Assembly (NCBI GenBank): GCA_002269645.1
Contig: NIVC01001272.1
Location: 260,065 to 324,064, forward strand
From: Macrostomum lignano
Taxonomy: Eukaryota
Reading direction: 5' to 3'
DNA: 64,000 nt
Made by a program: the position numbers and the translations under genes
Notes under the pieces: model-generated
Seen by the model: the letters and a program-made list of their open reading frames with translations, nothing else
Databases searched by the model: none
What the model was told of the DNA's origin: nothing
In this document: in pieces, positions 28,741-40,000 of the stretch
Numbering within the stretch: position 1 is the stretch's first letter
Layout of the letters: each line of letters starts with the position of its first letter

Positions 28741-30490
28741 TCAGACGTAGAACTCCAGTAAAGAGGCCAGCATCATGAGCAAGTAGCCCACTGTCATGCC
28801 CAGGTTGCCAATAAAAAATGCCAGTATATTCTTGGCGTGATAGTTCTTGCGCACCATGCTGCTCTGGAAATTGAGTGGTTAGTGTTCACGCTAAATATGA
28901 TACTTCATTCACGCTTGTTTTAGTTATCGGATAGGCACTCACCGACTCACGGCATTCACGCTGGTCGGTTCACAATTACTCATTACCGAATCCCTTCGCT
29001 CACAATGAATCATTCACGGCGTTCACAATGACTTTCATGGCGGTCATAATGACTCATTCACGGCGTTTGCTAGGAATCGTTCGCGGCGTTCACAGTGACT
29101 AATTCACGATATTCATATTGCTCATTCACGGCGTTCACAATGAGTAATTCACTATGTTCATATTGCTCATTCACAGCATTCACAATGACTCATTCACGGC
29201 GTTTACTAGGAATCGCGTTCACGGTGTTCGCAATGATTCATTCACAATATTTATTTTGCTCATTCACGGCGTTTCACAATGCCTGATTCATGGCGTTCAC
29301 GCTGACTTATTCACGGCGTTCGCAGTTTACTCATTCACGGCGTTTGCATGCAACAATGACTTTTTCGCGGTGTTCGCAATTATTTACTGACAGCATTCAC
29401 ACAGCAAGTTCACACTGACTTCAGCCGCAACTCACCATGGTAACCAGCGCAATGTAAACGAACACGGCTGTGGCAATGGTGGTTATCCAGGCCCGCACTT
29501 CGTCTGACTTGAGCGACAGCGGGACCGAAATCGCGAGACCCAGCATGCTGGACAGGTAGTAGCAGAAATTGAGCAGCAACACAGCTTTGATGTTGAACCC
29601 GCTGGTGGTGAGCACGGAAAAATCCGCCACCTTGTGCGCCAGCTCGTGCATGCCGACAGACACGCTGAGGTGCAGGCCGTAGTCCCACTGTTTCACGAAT
29701 GCCGCCCCGATTGCAATGCCGCCTGCGAAGCTGTGCAGCACGGAGCCAGCGGACACGATGGAGCACAATCGGTAGGGACCCGGCTCGAAGCACTTTCGAG
29801 GGTTCCTGAGCGCCTCCCGGATTGTGATCTCGGCGGAACCTCGTCGGTGCTGCAGATGCTGCTGTGAGTCGACACTGCTACTGCCGCAGCACTTCTTCTG
29901 AGGCTCCACTGGGTCGGCAATGACAGATCCGTTGGCTCTGATCGAGGACTCCCGGCTGAGGCTGTCCTCGCGGCAGTAGAACTTGTTCCTCTCATCGTCA
30001 CCCGTCCAGTCGTCCTCGTCTACTTCCTGCTCCTCATTGGCCTTGTCTTCATCTTGCTGCTGCTGCTGCTGAATCGACTGTCGCTGATTGTTGCGATTCA
30101 CCCGCCAGTTGGAGCTGTGGTTGTGCTTGTCGGTTGCATCGGCTTCGGCGGTTCTCTCGCGCCACTCCATTGCGTGCGAGGTGCTCTGCCGACGGCCGAA
30201 GAACACGGCGGATGCGGTGTCCAGGGCGTGCAGCACGCAGACGCCGGCTGTGACGGTGGCCAAGTAGGGGAAGTAGTCTGGCACTCCAGGCTTCATGGAC
30301 TTGTCGGGCAGGATCAGCGCAGGCAGCAGGTGCACAATGGCCTCTGTGGTGAGCGAGCCCACTGCCATCTCCACCAGGAACAGGCTCCAGTAGTTGAACA
30401 GGTGCGCCTGTCGGCAGGCAAACATTTTGCTGATGAGGGTGGGCAGCACTGTGATGACTGTGACCGCGATGAAACCCAGCAGGTACGGAT
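28741..30490 (-). CDS. ZIP/SLC39A (LIV-1-like) metal transporter, divergent; main exons 30490-29436 and 28863-28741; probable small upstream exons ~30745-30679, 30944-30876, 33652-33590 (start codon uncertain)
   Basis: TM pattern YLLGFIAVTVIT, MAVGSLTTEAIVHLLP, His/acidic loop, LHSFAGGIAIGAAF, HELAHKVADFSVL, FVYIALV and the terminal exon FFIGNLGMTVGYLLM. GT-AG sites keep phase. Confidence 0.88.
28940..29400. repeat. Degenerate ~27-bp repeat (ATTCACGGCGTTCACAATGACTC) in the last ZIP intron
   Basis: Recurrent TTCACGGCGTTCAC units. Confidence 0.75.
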
Positions 30491-30964
30491 CTGCAGTGTT
30501 GTTAAGGAGGAGGTTTAAATTATTATTCTTTCGATACATATCGGCTATTTCAATTCCGAAGAATTGCCGTCAGCGCTGGTTGTGGGACCGATGTCACCGA
30601 AGGCGCTGCTCCATGCAGGTGCTGGCAACCCTTGCTCAAAATACATGCAATGATTTACTATAACTAAAATCAGCTTACTTCTCCAAACATTGCCAGCATC
30701 TGTGGTAGCCACGGTGCTGTTCAGTGCTGAGTCATTTGACATAGCTCTTTGTTTGTTTGCAGCCAAAAAACAGCCAAGCGTCCGAAGCAAACTAAAACTT
30801 TTTGTCAAAAAAAACAGAAAGTGAAGAGCTGTGCTTAGAGTCGAGCCCAGGACTTCTCGGCTTAGTCGGACTTACTGAGCCATGGCCGGTCAGGGATCAC
30901 ACGGGTTTTGTCAACGGCAGGAAATGGCGGCGCAGTGTCCCCATCTGAAGTGTTTTTGTGATTT

Positions 30965-33580
30965 TGTGAGGGAGAGAGGAACGGTAAAGAAAAAAGTGAG
31001 AAGTAGAGGGGAATAAGGAGAAAGAGAGAAGGAGATATAGGGAGTTGAGAGGTAGAGGAAAAGAGAGTAGAGAAGAAGATACGGGATCTAGAAGGAAGGT
31101 AGAGGGAGAGACAGAGCGGAGAGGTAACGGGAGAGAGGGGAGAAGGAGAAAGGGGAGAGGAAGAGAGGGGAAAGGAAGAGAGGGTAGAGGAAGAGAGGGG
31201 AGAGGAAGAGAGGGGAAAGGAAGAGAGGGGAGGGGGAGAGAGGGGAGAGGAAGATAGGGGAGAGGAAGAGAGGGGAGAGGAAGAGAGGGGAGAGAAAGAG
31301 ATGGGAGAGGAAGAGAGGGTAGAGAAAGAGAGGGGAAAGGAAGAGAGGGTAGAGGGAGAGAAGGGAGAGGAAGAGAGGGTAGAGGAAGAGAGGGGAGAGG
31401 AAGAGAGGGGAGAGGGAGAGAGGGGAGAGGAAGAGAGGGGAGAGGAAGAGAGGGGAGAGGAAGAGAGGGAAGAGGAAGAGAGAGGAGAGGGAGAGAGAGG
31501 AGAGGGAGAGAGGGGAGAGGAAGAGAGGGGAGAGGAAGAGAGGGGAAAGGAAGAGAGGGGAGAGAAAGAGATGGGAGAGGGAGAGAGGGGAGAGGAAGAG
31601 AGGGGAAAGGAAGAGAGGGGAGAGAAAGAGATGGGAGAGGGAGATAGGGGAGAGGAAGAGAGGGTAGAGAAAGAGAGGGTGGAGAAAGAGAGGGGAAAGG
31701 AAGAGAGGGTAGAGGGAGAGAAGGGAGAGGAAGAGAGGGGAGAGGAAGAGAGGGGAGAGGGAGAGAGGGGAGAGGGAGAGAGGGGAGAGGAAGAGAGGGG
31801 AGAGGAAGAGAGGGGAGAGGGAGAGAGGGGAGAGGAAGAGAGGGGAGAGGAAGAGAGGGGAGAGGAAGAGAGGGGAGAGGAAGAGAGGGGAGAGGGAGAG
31901 AGGGGAGAGGAAGAGAGAGTAGAGGAAGAGAGGGGAGAGGAAGAGAGGGGAGAGGAAGAGAGGGGAGAGGGAGAGAGGGGAGAGGAAGAGAGGGGAGAGG
32001 AAGAGAGGGGAGAGGAAGAGAGGGGAGAGGAAGAGAGGGAGAGGGAGGGGAGAGAGAGAGAGTAGAGGAAGAGAGGGGAGAGGAAGAGAGGGGAGAGGAA
32101 GAGAGGGGAGAGGAAGAGAGGGGAGAGGAAGAGAGGGGAGAGGAAGAGAGGGGGGAGAGAAAGAGATGGGAGAGGGAGAGAGGGGAGAGGAAGAGAGGGG
32201 AGAGGAAGAGAGGGGGGAGAAAGAGATGGGAGAGGGAGAGAGGGGAGAGGAAGAGAGGGGAGAGGAAGAGAGGGGAGAGGAAGAGAGGGGAGAGGAAGAG
32301 AGGCGAGAGGAAGAGAGGGGGGGAGAGAAAGAGATGGGAGAGGGAGAGAGGGGAGAGGAAGAGAGGGGAGAGGAAGAGAGGGGGGAGAGAAAGAGATGGG
32401 AGAGGGAGAGAGGGGAGAGGAAGAGAGGGGAGAGGAAGAGAGGGGAGAGGAAGAGAGGGGAGAGGAAGAGAGGGGAGAGGAAGAGAGGGGAGAGGAAGAG
32501 AGAGGAGAGGAAGAGAGGGGAGAGGAAGAGAGGGTAGAGAAAGAGAGGGGAAAGGAAGAGAGAGGAGAGGGAGAGAGGGGAGAGGAAGAGAGGGGAGAGG
32601 AAGAGAGGGTAGAGAAAGAGAGGGGAGAGGAAGAGAGGGGAGAGGAAGAGAGGGGGGAGAGAAAGAGATGGGAGAGGGAGAGAGGGGAGAGGAAGAGAGG
32701 AGAGGAACAGAGGGGGAGAAAGAGATGGGAAGGGAGAGAGGGGAGAGGAAGAGAGGGGAGAGGAAGAGAGGGAGAGAAGAGAGAGGAGAGGAAGAGAGGC
32801 GAGAGAAGAGAGGGGGGAGAGAAAGAGATGGGGAGGAAGAGAGGGGAGAGAGAGAGAGGGAGAGGAAGAGAGGGGAGAGAGAGATGGGAGAGGAGAGAGG
32901 GGAGAGGAAGAGAGGGGAGAGGAAGAGAGGGGAGGAAGAGAGGGGAGAGGAAGAGAGGGGAGAGGAAGAGAGGGAGAGGAAGAGAGAGGAGAGGAGAGAG
33001 GGAGAGGGAGAGAGGGGAGAGGAAGAGAGGGAGAGGAAGAGAGGGAAAGAAGAGAGGGTAGAGGAGAGAGGGGAGAGGAAGAGAGGGAGAGGAAGAGAGG
33101 GTAGAGAAAGAGAGGGAAAGGAAAGAGAGGGAGAGGAAGAGAGAGTAGAGAAGAGAGGGGAGAGGAAGAGAGGGTAGAGGAAGAGAGGGGAGAGGGAGAG
33201 AGGGGAGAGGAAGAGAGGGGAGAGGAAGAGAGGGTAGAGAAAGAGAGGGGAAAGGAAGAGAGAGGAGGGAGAGAGGGGAGAGAAGAGGGGAGAGGAAGAG
33301 AGGGTAGAGAAAGAGAGGGGAGAGGAAGAGAGGAGAGGGAGAGAGGGGAGAGGGAGAGAGGGAGAGGGAGAGAGGGGAGAGGAAGAGAGGAGAGAGGAAG
33401 AGAGGGGAGAGGAAGAGAGGGGAGAGGAAGAGAGGGAATAGGGAGAGAGGGGAGATAGGGAGTGGAGAAGTAGGGGGGGAGAGAAAAGGAGAGACAGAGA
33501 GGTAGGGAAAAGATAGGGAGGGGGAGAAGGGAGAGGGAGAGATAGGAGAGGTAGAGGTAGAGAGTAGAGAAGGAGAGAGG
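30965..33580. repeat. 2.6-kb polypurine/polypyrimidine tract based on the 15-bp unit GAGGAAGAGAGGGGA, in a probable ZIP 5' intron
   Basis: Almost pure A/G on the + strand; source of the spurious LPLPS, GEEER and LFLSP ORFs. Confidence 0.97.
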
Positions 33581-33910
33581 GACCCACACCACAGTGAATG
33601 CACAGCTCACAATTCACCGCACGCGCAGGTGTCCCTTCTGCAGCCGGAACTTCTGCAAGACAATGAATGATAAACAAAGCGACTCTCGAAATGCACTTTA
33701 TCGGCGATTAGTAGCTCGTGTATAAGTTAGAAGATTATTTTTTTAATACATTAAATTCTAATTTTGAGAGTATTTTTATTCTATGGGCCATACTCATGGG
33801 GAATGTAATAATATAGTAGATATATACTAGCTAAATTTAGAAGAAATTAATAATCAGGAATTAGGTAGGAGGACTTAAGATGCTTAGTTTGTAATAACGC
33901 AGATCATTGC

Positions 33911-33946
33911 CTGTCATTGGCTGACATTGCAGTGAGCCAATGACAG
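33911..33946. promoter_or_regulatory. Inverted pair of CCAAT boxes (CTGTCATTGGCT-N12-AGCCAATGACAG) in the divergent ZIP/RDL intergenic region
   Basis: Perfect 12-bp inverted repeat, each arm containing AGCCAAT, ~110 bp upstream of the RDL-like ATG. Confidence 0.45.
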
Positions 33947-34057
33947 AGCAGCACGAGGGCCAAAACAGCTGCTATATCATCTGTCTTCTGCTGGAACTTC
34001 AATCCGAATCGTCTTTTTGGCTGTAATTCAACATTTCGACCTTGCTTCACCAAAAGA

Positions 34058-37000
34058 ATGTCAAGTTATCGAGACAGATATTTTCTATGCTCTTTGTTGC
34101 TAGGGTGGCTCTTGATCTCCGCGTATCTGCTGGTTGCTATGGGCCGGATGCCTACTGATTCGGAGGCTTTGCACGAAGCAAGGTTGTTGGCTGACGCTAT
34201 GGAACCGAGAGAGGGCAGGTGAGTCATGGAATTTATGAGCTTGTCTATGAGTGAGTTCATGATTGAGTTCATGAGTGAGTTCATGAGTGAGTTCATGAGT
34301 GAGTTCATGAGTGAGTTCATGAGTGAGTTCATGAGTGAGTTCATGAGTGAGTTCATGAGTGAGTTCATGAGTGAGTTCATGAGTGAGTTCATGAGTGAGT
34401 TCATGAGTGAGCTCATGAGTGAGTTCATGAGCGACACCATGACACCATGAGTGAGTTCATGAGTGAGTCATAGGTGAGTTCATGAGCGAGTTCATGAGCG
34501 ACACCATGACACCATGAGTGAGTTCATGAGTGAGTCATAAGTAAGTTTATGAGCGAGTTCATGAGCGACACCATGACACCATGAGTGAGTTCATGAGTGA
34601 GTTCATGAGTGAGTTCATAAGTGAGTTCATGAATGATTTCATGACTGAGTTCATGAGTGACCTCATTAGATTATGAATAACAGTGTGAAGTGCGGAATAA
34701 ACTGATAAACCATATTAGCATTCAAAACTTGCGATAGGAGATCAATACGAGCTGGTGTCTCACGGCCTCAGGTGTTCCCATGAGCTGCCAATGAGTTGGT
34801 CATAAATTAATCGTGGGAAAGACACAATCTGTCTGATGCCAAAAGTATCTTAATGTAAAAAACAGAAGTTTTGTTATAATCAATTTTCTTTCCTAGAAAG
34901 CAACAAAAAAGTAAAACAAAACCCGTCTATTCTGGGATAAACAACCGTTTTTTAGGCAGCGGTCGATCTCAAGCGACTTGTTGGACACAAACGAATCCAT
35001 CACTTTGACTGCCATCTTGGATGACATTCTGTCAAAATATGACAAGAGGATTCGACCCGGATACATAAATGCGAAAAGTGAGTTGAGCAGGGATCGGATC
35101 GGCGCTGATGTTGAGTAGGGAGAGGCCCGAGTGTTGAGTAGGGAGAGGCCCGAGTGTTGAGTAGGGAGAGGCCCGAGTGTTGAGTAGGGAGAGGCCCGAG
35201 TGTTGAGTAGGGAGAGGCCCGAGTGTTGAGTAGGGAGAGGCCCCAATGTTGCGTAGGGAGAGGCGCCAGTGTTGAGTAGGGAGAGGTACTAACGTTGAGT
35301 AGGGAGAGGCGCCAGTGTTGAGTAGGGAGAGGTTCCAATGTTGAGTAGGGTGAGGCTCCACCATTTCTCATAAATAATTCCCTATTTCACACCAAACTTT
35401 TATATTTCAGAACAAACTCCTGTCAATGTGAATGTCAGCGTCAGAATATCCTCTGTGAGCTCCATCTCCGAAGTTAACATGGTGAGGCCAGCTGCAGTTA
35501 TGAACTATACTAGAACTGTGGGGCTCCTGTGAATAATTTCGATTGTAATAAGAAGGATTAAAATTGACAATGAGACACATGACAGTGAGACACATGACAA
35601 TGAGGCACATGACAATAAGACACATGGCAGTGAGACACATGACAAAAAGACACATGGAAGTGAGACACATGACAGCGAGACACATGACAATAAGACACAT
35701 GACAATGAGACACATGACAATAAGACACATGACAATGAGACACATGAAAATGAGACACATGACAATGAGACACATGAAAATGAGACACATGGCAATAAGA
35801 CACATGACAGTGAGACACATGACAGTGAGACACATGACAATGAGACACATGGCAATAAGACACATGACAGTGAGACACATGGCAGTGAGACACATGACAA
35901 TGAGACACATGGCAGTGAGACACATGAGAAACCACCAGCCTAAGAAACTGCCATCAATAATCATATCACACGGTTATTATTACCAATATGACTTCCATAA
36001 TCTCATATTATGGAATATCATAATTTCAATATGATCTGCTATACTGTTTCCAAGTGGTACCTAAGTTACCGCGTTAGAAAAACTTCTGGGACGCACAGAT
36101 GGTAAATCCTTGCTCCCCTGCATCCCAGCAATTCCATTGTGCCGCATTCTCTTCCCAACTCAGCTGTTTCATCTGATCAGCGACATCACTGTATCATTTT
36201 GAATAATTGATGCACTGAATAGTAAATCTAGAATAAGAATTCTGCCTTGAGCCGATCCTAGGTGTACGTTCTATTGTTCTATGAATTTACGATTTTAAAA
36301 AAAAAAGTTGTAAAGGGCAAATCGTTTCGTCTAAGATTTATTTTAATCCTGTACTTCCCAACTGAATTCTCACGCAAGGGTCAAGGAATCTAGAAAGAAA
36401 CTTTTCTATGATTAGCAAACTTCTCTCAGGGAAGATTGAGGTAGGATTGACACGCAACCGTAGCCTCATTAGCTACCACTCTGATTAAGATTAATTTGAC
36501 GCTTAAAAGACAGCTGCTAGGATAATGGAATGAATTTAATTTCAGAAGGTTTCGAGTGGATTGTCTCGACTCTGATTGGCTGGAAGCGGAGTGGGATGGA
36601 TGGTTTTGTCTCTGATTGGCTGGAAGCGGAGTGGGATGGATGGTTTTGTCTCTGATTGGCTGGAAGCGGAGTGGGATGGATGGTTTTGTCTCTGATTGGC
36701 TGGAAGCGGAGTGGGATGGATGGTTTTGTCTCTGATTGGCTGGAAGCGGAGTGGGATGGATGGCTTTGTCTCTGATTGGCTGGAAGCGGAGTGGGATGGA
36801 TGGTTTTGTCTCTGATTGGCTGGAAGCGGAGTGGGATGGATGGTTTTGTCTCTGATTGGCTGGAAGCGGAGTGGGATGGATGGCTTTGTCTCTGATTGGC
36901 TGGAAGCGGAGTGGGATGGATGGTTTTGTCTCTGATTGGCTGGAAGCGAAGTGGGATGGATGGTTTTGTCTCTGATTGGCTGGAAGCGGAGTGGATGGAT

Positions 37001-40000
37001 GGTTTTGTCTCTGATTGCTTCAATACGAGCGTAAATTTCTGTAACGAATTTCAAAGATTCGAATTGCTGTTGCAGCAACTTCTTGTTCGCTGCTTTTCTA
37101 AGTAAATTCACTGATTTTTCCGAATGGAAAAACTTTTCGGTCAAAAATGAGAAAAGTTCAAAGTCGTGATCTTCAGCTTCCTGTTCGCCAGTGTGCTTGC
37201 AAGTTTGGGAATAATAATCGTGGACTTAATCGAGGTCTGTTCGTGCTTTTTTTAAATTACATGGTTTCTCAATTTTTGTTCTTATTGCTGCCCTGATTTG
37301 CAAAGCTTCTTGAAGTTTAGAAGTTTGTTCTATTTACACTTAAGGTGGCAACGACATACTGTACTCAAAAAAGTTTAGAGACTATATTTTTTCGATCACA
37401 CTTTTTAGACAGACTTCTTATTTTTACGAAACAGTTTTTAAAGTTCTCGTTTTTTAATTTGTTAAAAATTGGTTGCTATAAAGAGATGTTGTGTCATAAG
37501 CCATCTCTGATTGGCTGCGAGCAAAGGAGTGAGGTGGGTGTCATAGCCATCTCTGATTTGCTGCGAGCAAGGGAGTGTGGTGGGTGTCATAGCCATCTCT
37601 GATTTGCTGCGAGCAAAGAAGTGAGGTGGGTGTCATAGCCATCTCTGATTTGCTGCAAGCAAAAGAGTAAGCTGGGTGTCATGGCCGTTTCTGATTGGCT
37701 GCGAGCAAGGGAGTGAGGTGGGTGTCATGGCCGTTTCTGATTTGCTGCAAGCAAGGGAGTGAGGTGGGTGTCATGGCCGTCCCTGATTTGCTGCAAGCAA
37801 GGGAGTGAGGTGGGTGTCATGGCCGTCCCTGATTTGCTGCAAGCAAGGGAGTGAGGTGGGCGTCATGGCCGTCCCTGATTGGCTGCGAGCAAGGGAGTGA
37901 TGTGGGTGTCATGGCCGTCCCTGATTTGCTGCAAGCAAGGGAGTGAGGTGGGTGTCATGGCCGTCCCTGATTTGCTGCAAGCAAGGGAGTGAGGTGGGCG
38001 TCATGGCCGTCCCTGATTGGCTGCGAGCAAGGGAGTGAGGTGGGTGTCATGGCCGTCCCTGATTTGCTGCAAGCAAGGGAGTGAGGTGGGTGTCATGGCC
38101 GTCCCTGATTTGCTGCAAGCAAGGGAGTGAGGTGGGTGTCATGGCCGTTTCTGATTTGCTGGTAAAAACCAACTCCAAATTTAACTCCGACACCCCCAGG
38201 ACTTCACGGTGGACATGTACTTCCGCCAGCGGTGGCAGGACAAGCGCCTGGCATTCGCCAGCTACCTGAAAGGTCGCGAGGACGAGCTTGAAGGCAGTGT
38301 CAACATCGCCGAGGAGATGCTGCACAAAATCTGGTGGCCCGACACATTTTTCGCCAACGCAAAGAAGTCCGAGTTCCATCACGCCACCACTAGGAACGCT
38401 TTCCTGCGGATTGACAGCCTGGGAAATGTCTTCCACAGCCTCAGGTGCGGTCTGGGAGCGGAGTGAGAGAGAGCTACTCAATGAGTAGACCCTCAGTCGG
38501 AGAGAAGGCAAGCAGTCATGCCCCATTCCGCTGAGGCCTTAGGCCGCACAAGCTCACACAGCGGCCTTGACTTTCTTATTGGCTGGCAGTCTTTCTTTTC
38601 CTTGGAGGTTGGAACTCTGAGGCGTGAATCGCAGAACAAGACATAAGCCTATTAATTTGTGCGACTTAGATTCAGAGTGAGAGTGAGGGTGAGAAAGTGA
38701 GGAGAGTAAGTGACAGTGAGAGTGAGAGTGAGAGTTAAAGAAAGAGTGAAAGTGAGAGTGAGAGAGAGTGAGATTGAGATCGAAAGAGTGAGGGTGAGAG
38801 AGAGGGAGAGAGAGAGAGTGTGAGAGTGAGAGTGTGAGAGTGAGAGTGAGAGAGAGAGTGAGGGTGAGAGTGTGAGAGTGAGAGTGAGAGAGTGAGAGTG
38901 ACAGTGAGAGTGACAGTGAGAGTGCCAGTGAGAGTGACAGTGAGAGTGACAGTGAGAGTGACAGTGAGAGTGCCAGTGTGAGTTACAGTGACAGTGAGAG
39001 TGAGAGAGTGAGAGTGAGAGAGTGAGAGTGAGAGTGTGAGAGTGAGAGTGAGAGTGAGAGAGAGTGAGGGTGAGAGTGTGAGAGTGAGAGTGAGAGAGAG
39101 TGAGGGTGAGAGTGTGAGAGTGAGAGTGTGAGAGTGAGAGTGAGAGAGTGACAGTGACAGTGAGAGTGACAGTGAGAGTGACAGTGAGAGTGACAGTGAG
39201 AGTGACAGTGAGAGTGACAGTGAGAGTGACAGTGAGAGTGACAGTGAGAGTGACAGTGAGAGTGACAGTGAGAGTGACAGTGAGAGTGACACTGAGAGTG
39301 ACACTGAGAGTGACACTGAGAGTGACACTGAGAGTGACACTGAGAGTGTCACTGAGAGTGACAGTTCACGCAGCACAAAAGAGCTACTCAAGCCGGCAAA
39401 CATCAGGACTCAATACAGCTAGCAGCTCAAGGGGAGGCTGGGGCAGGATGAAGCTGCCTTCAACTCAGCATTGGCGCTGTCAATTTCGCATAGATGCGGC
39501 CCTGAGTATCTCAAAAGTGGCACTTTAAACTTGCCAATTTGAATGCATGTCGCGCTTTAGCCTTAATTTTACTAAATGGATTTCCGTTGCCAATTAGTTT
39601 GGGCTGAAATTTCGGAGGCAGTTTTGGTCAATTAGTGATAAAAGCTGCAGCGCTAGAGAGGGATATTGCTCATTGAGGTAAGGCTTTGCAATTATGGCCG
39701 TTAAATCCTCCCGCTTTCAAAGGCCGTTTTTGATAGATTAATCAATTTAGTGAATGGAAATGCGATTTTGTGCTTAGGTGTTTTAAGAATGCAAATAGGG
39801 GACCTGTGAATGCGAATAGGGTATCTGTAAACGCAAATAGGGGACCTGTGAATGCGAATAGGGTATCTGTGAATGCGAATAGGCGATGTGTGAATGCGAA
39901 TAGGGGATCTGTGAATGCGAATAGGGGACCTGTGAATGCGAATAGGGGATCTGTGAATGCGAATAGGGGACCTGTGAATGCGAATAGGGGATGTGTGAAT

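Noticed and set aside
30491-30539. ATG at 30539 as the ZIP start (MYRKNNN)
   Set aside because: It lies in AT-rich sequence upstream of a strong CTGCAG acceptor at 30491, so it is more likely intronic.
29410-30663. Overlapping alternative-frame ORFs around the ZIP exon, and similar ones over the LINE, hAT and SEA-like genes
   Set aside because: Shadow ORFs expected from GC-rich coding sequence.
30862-33677. 840-926-aa Leu/Pro/Ser ORFs and GEEER ORFs
   Set aside because: Stop-free frames of the GA polypurine tract; only the short unique ends may be exons.
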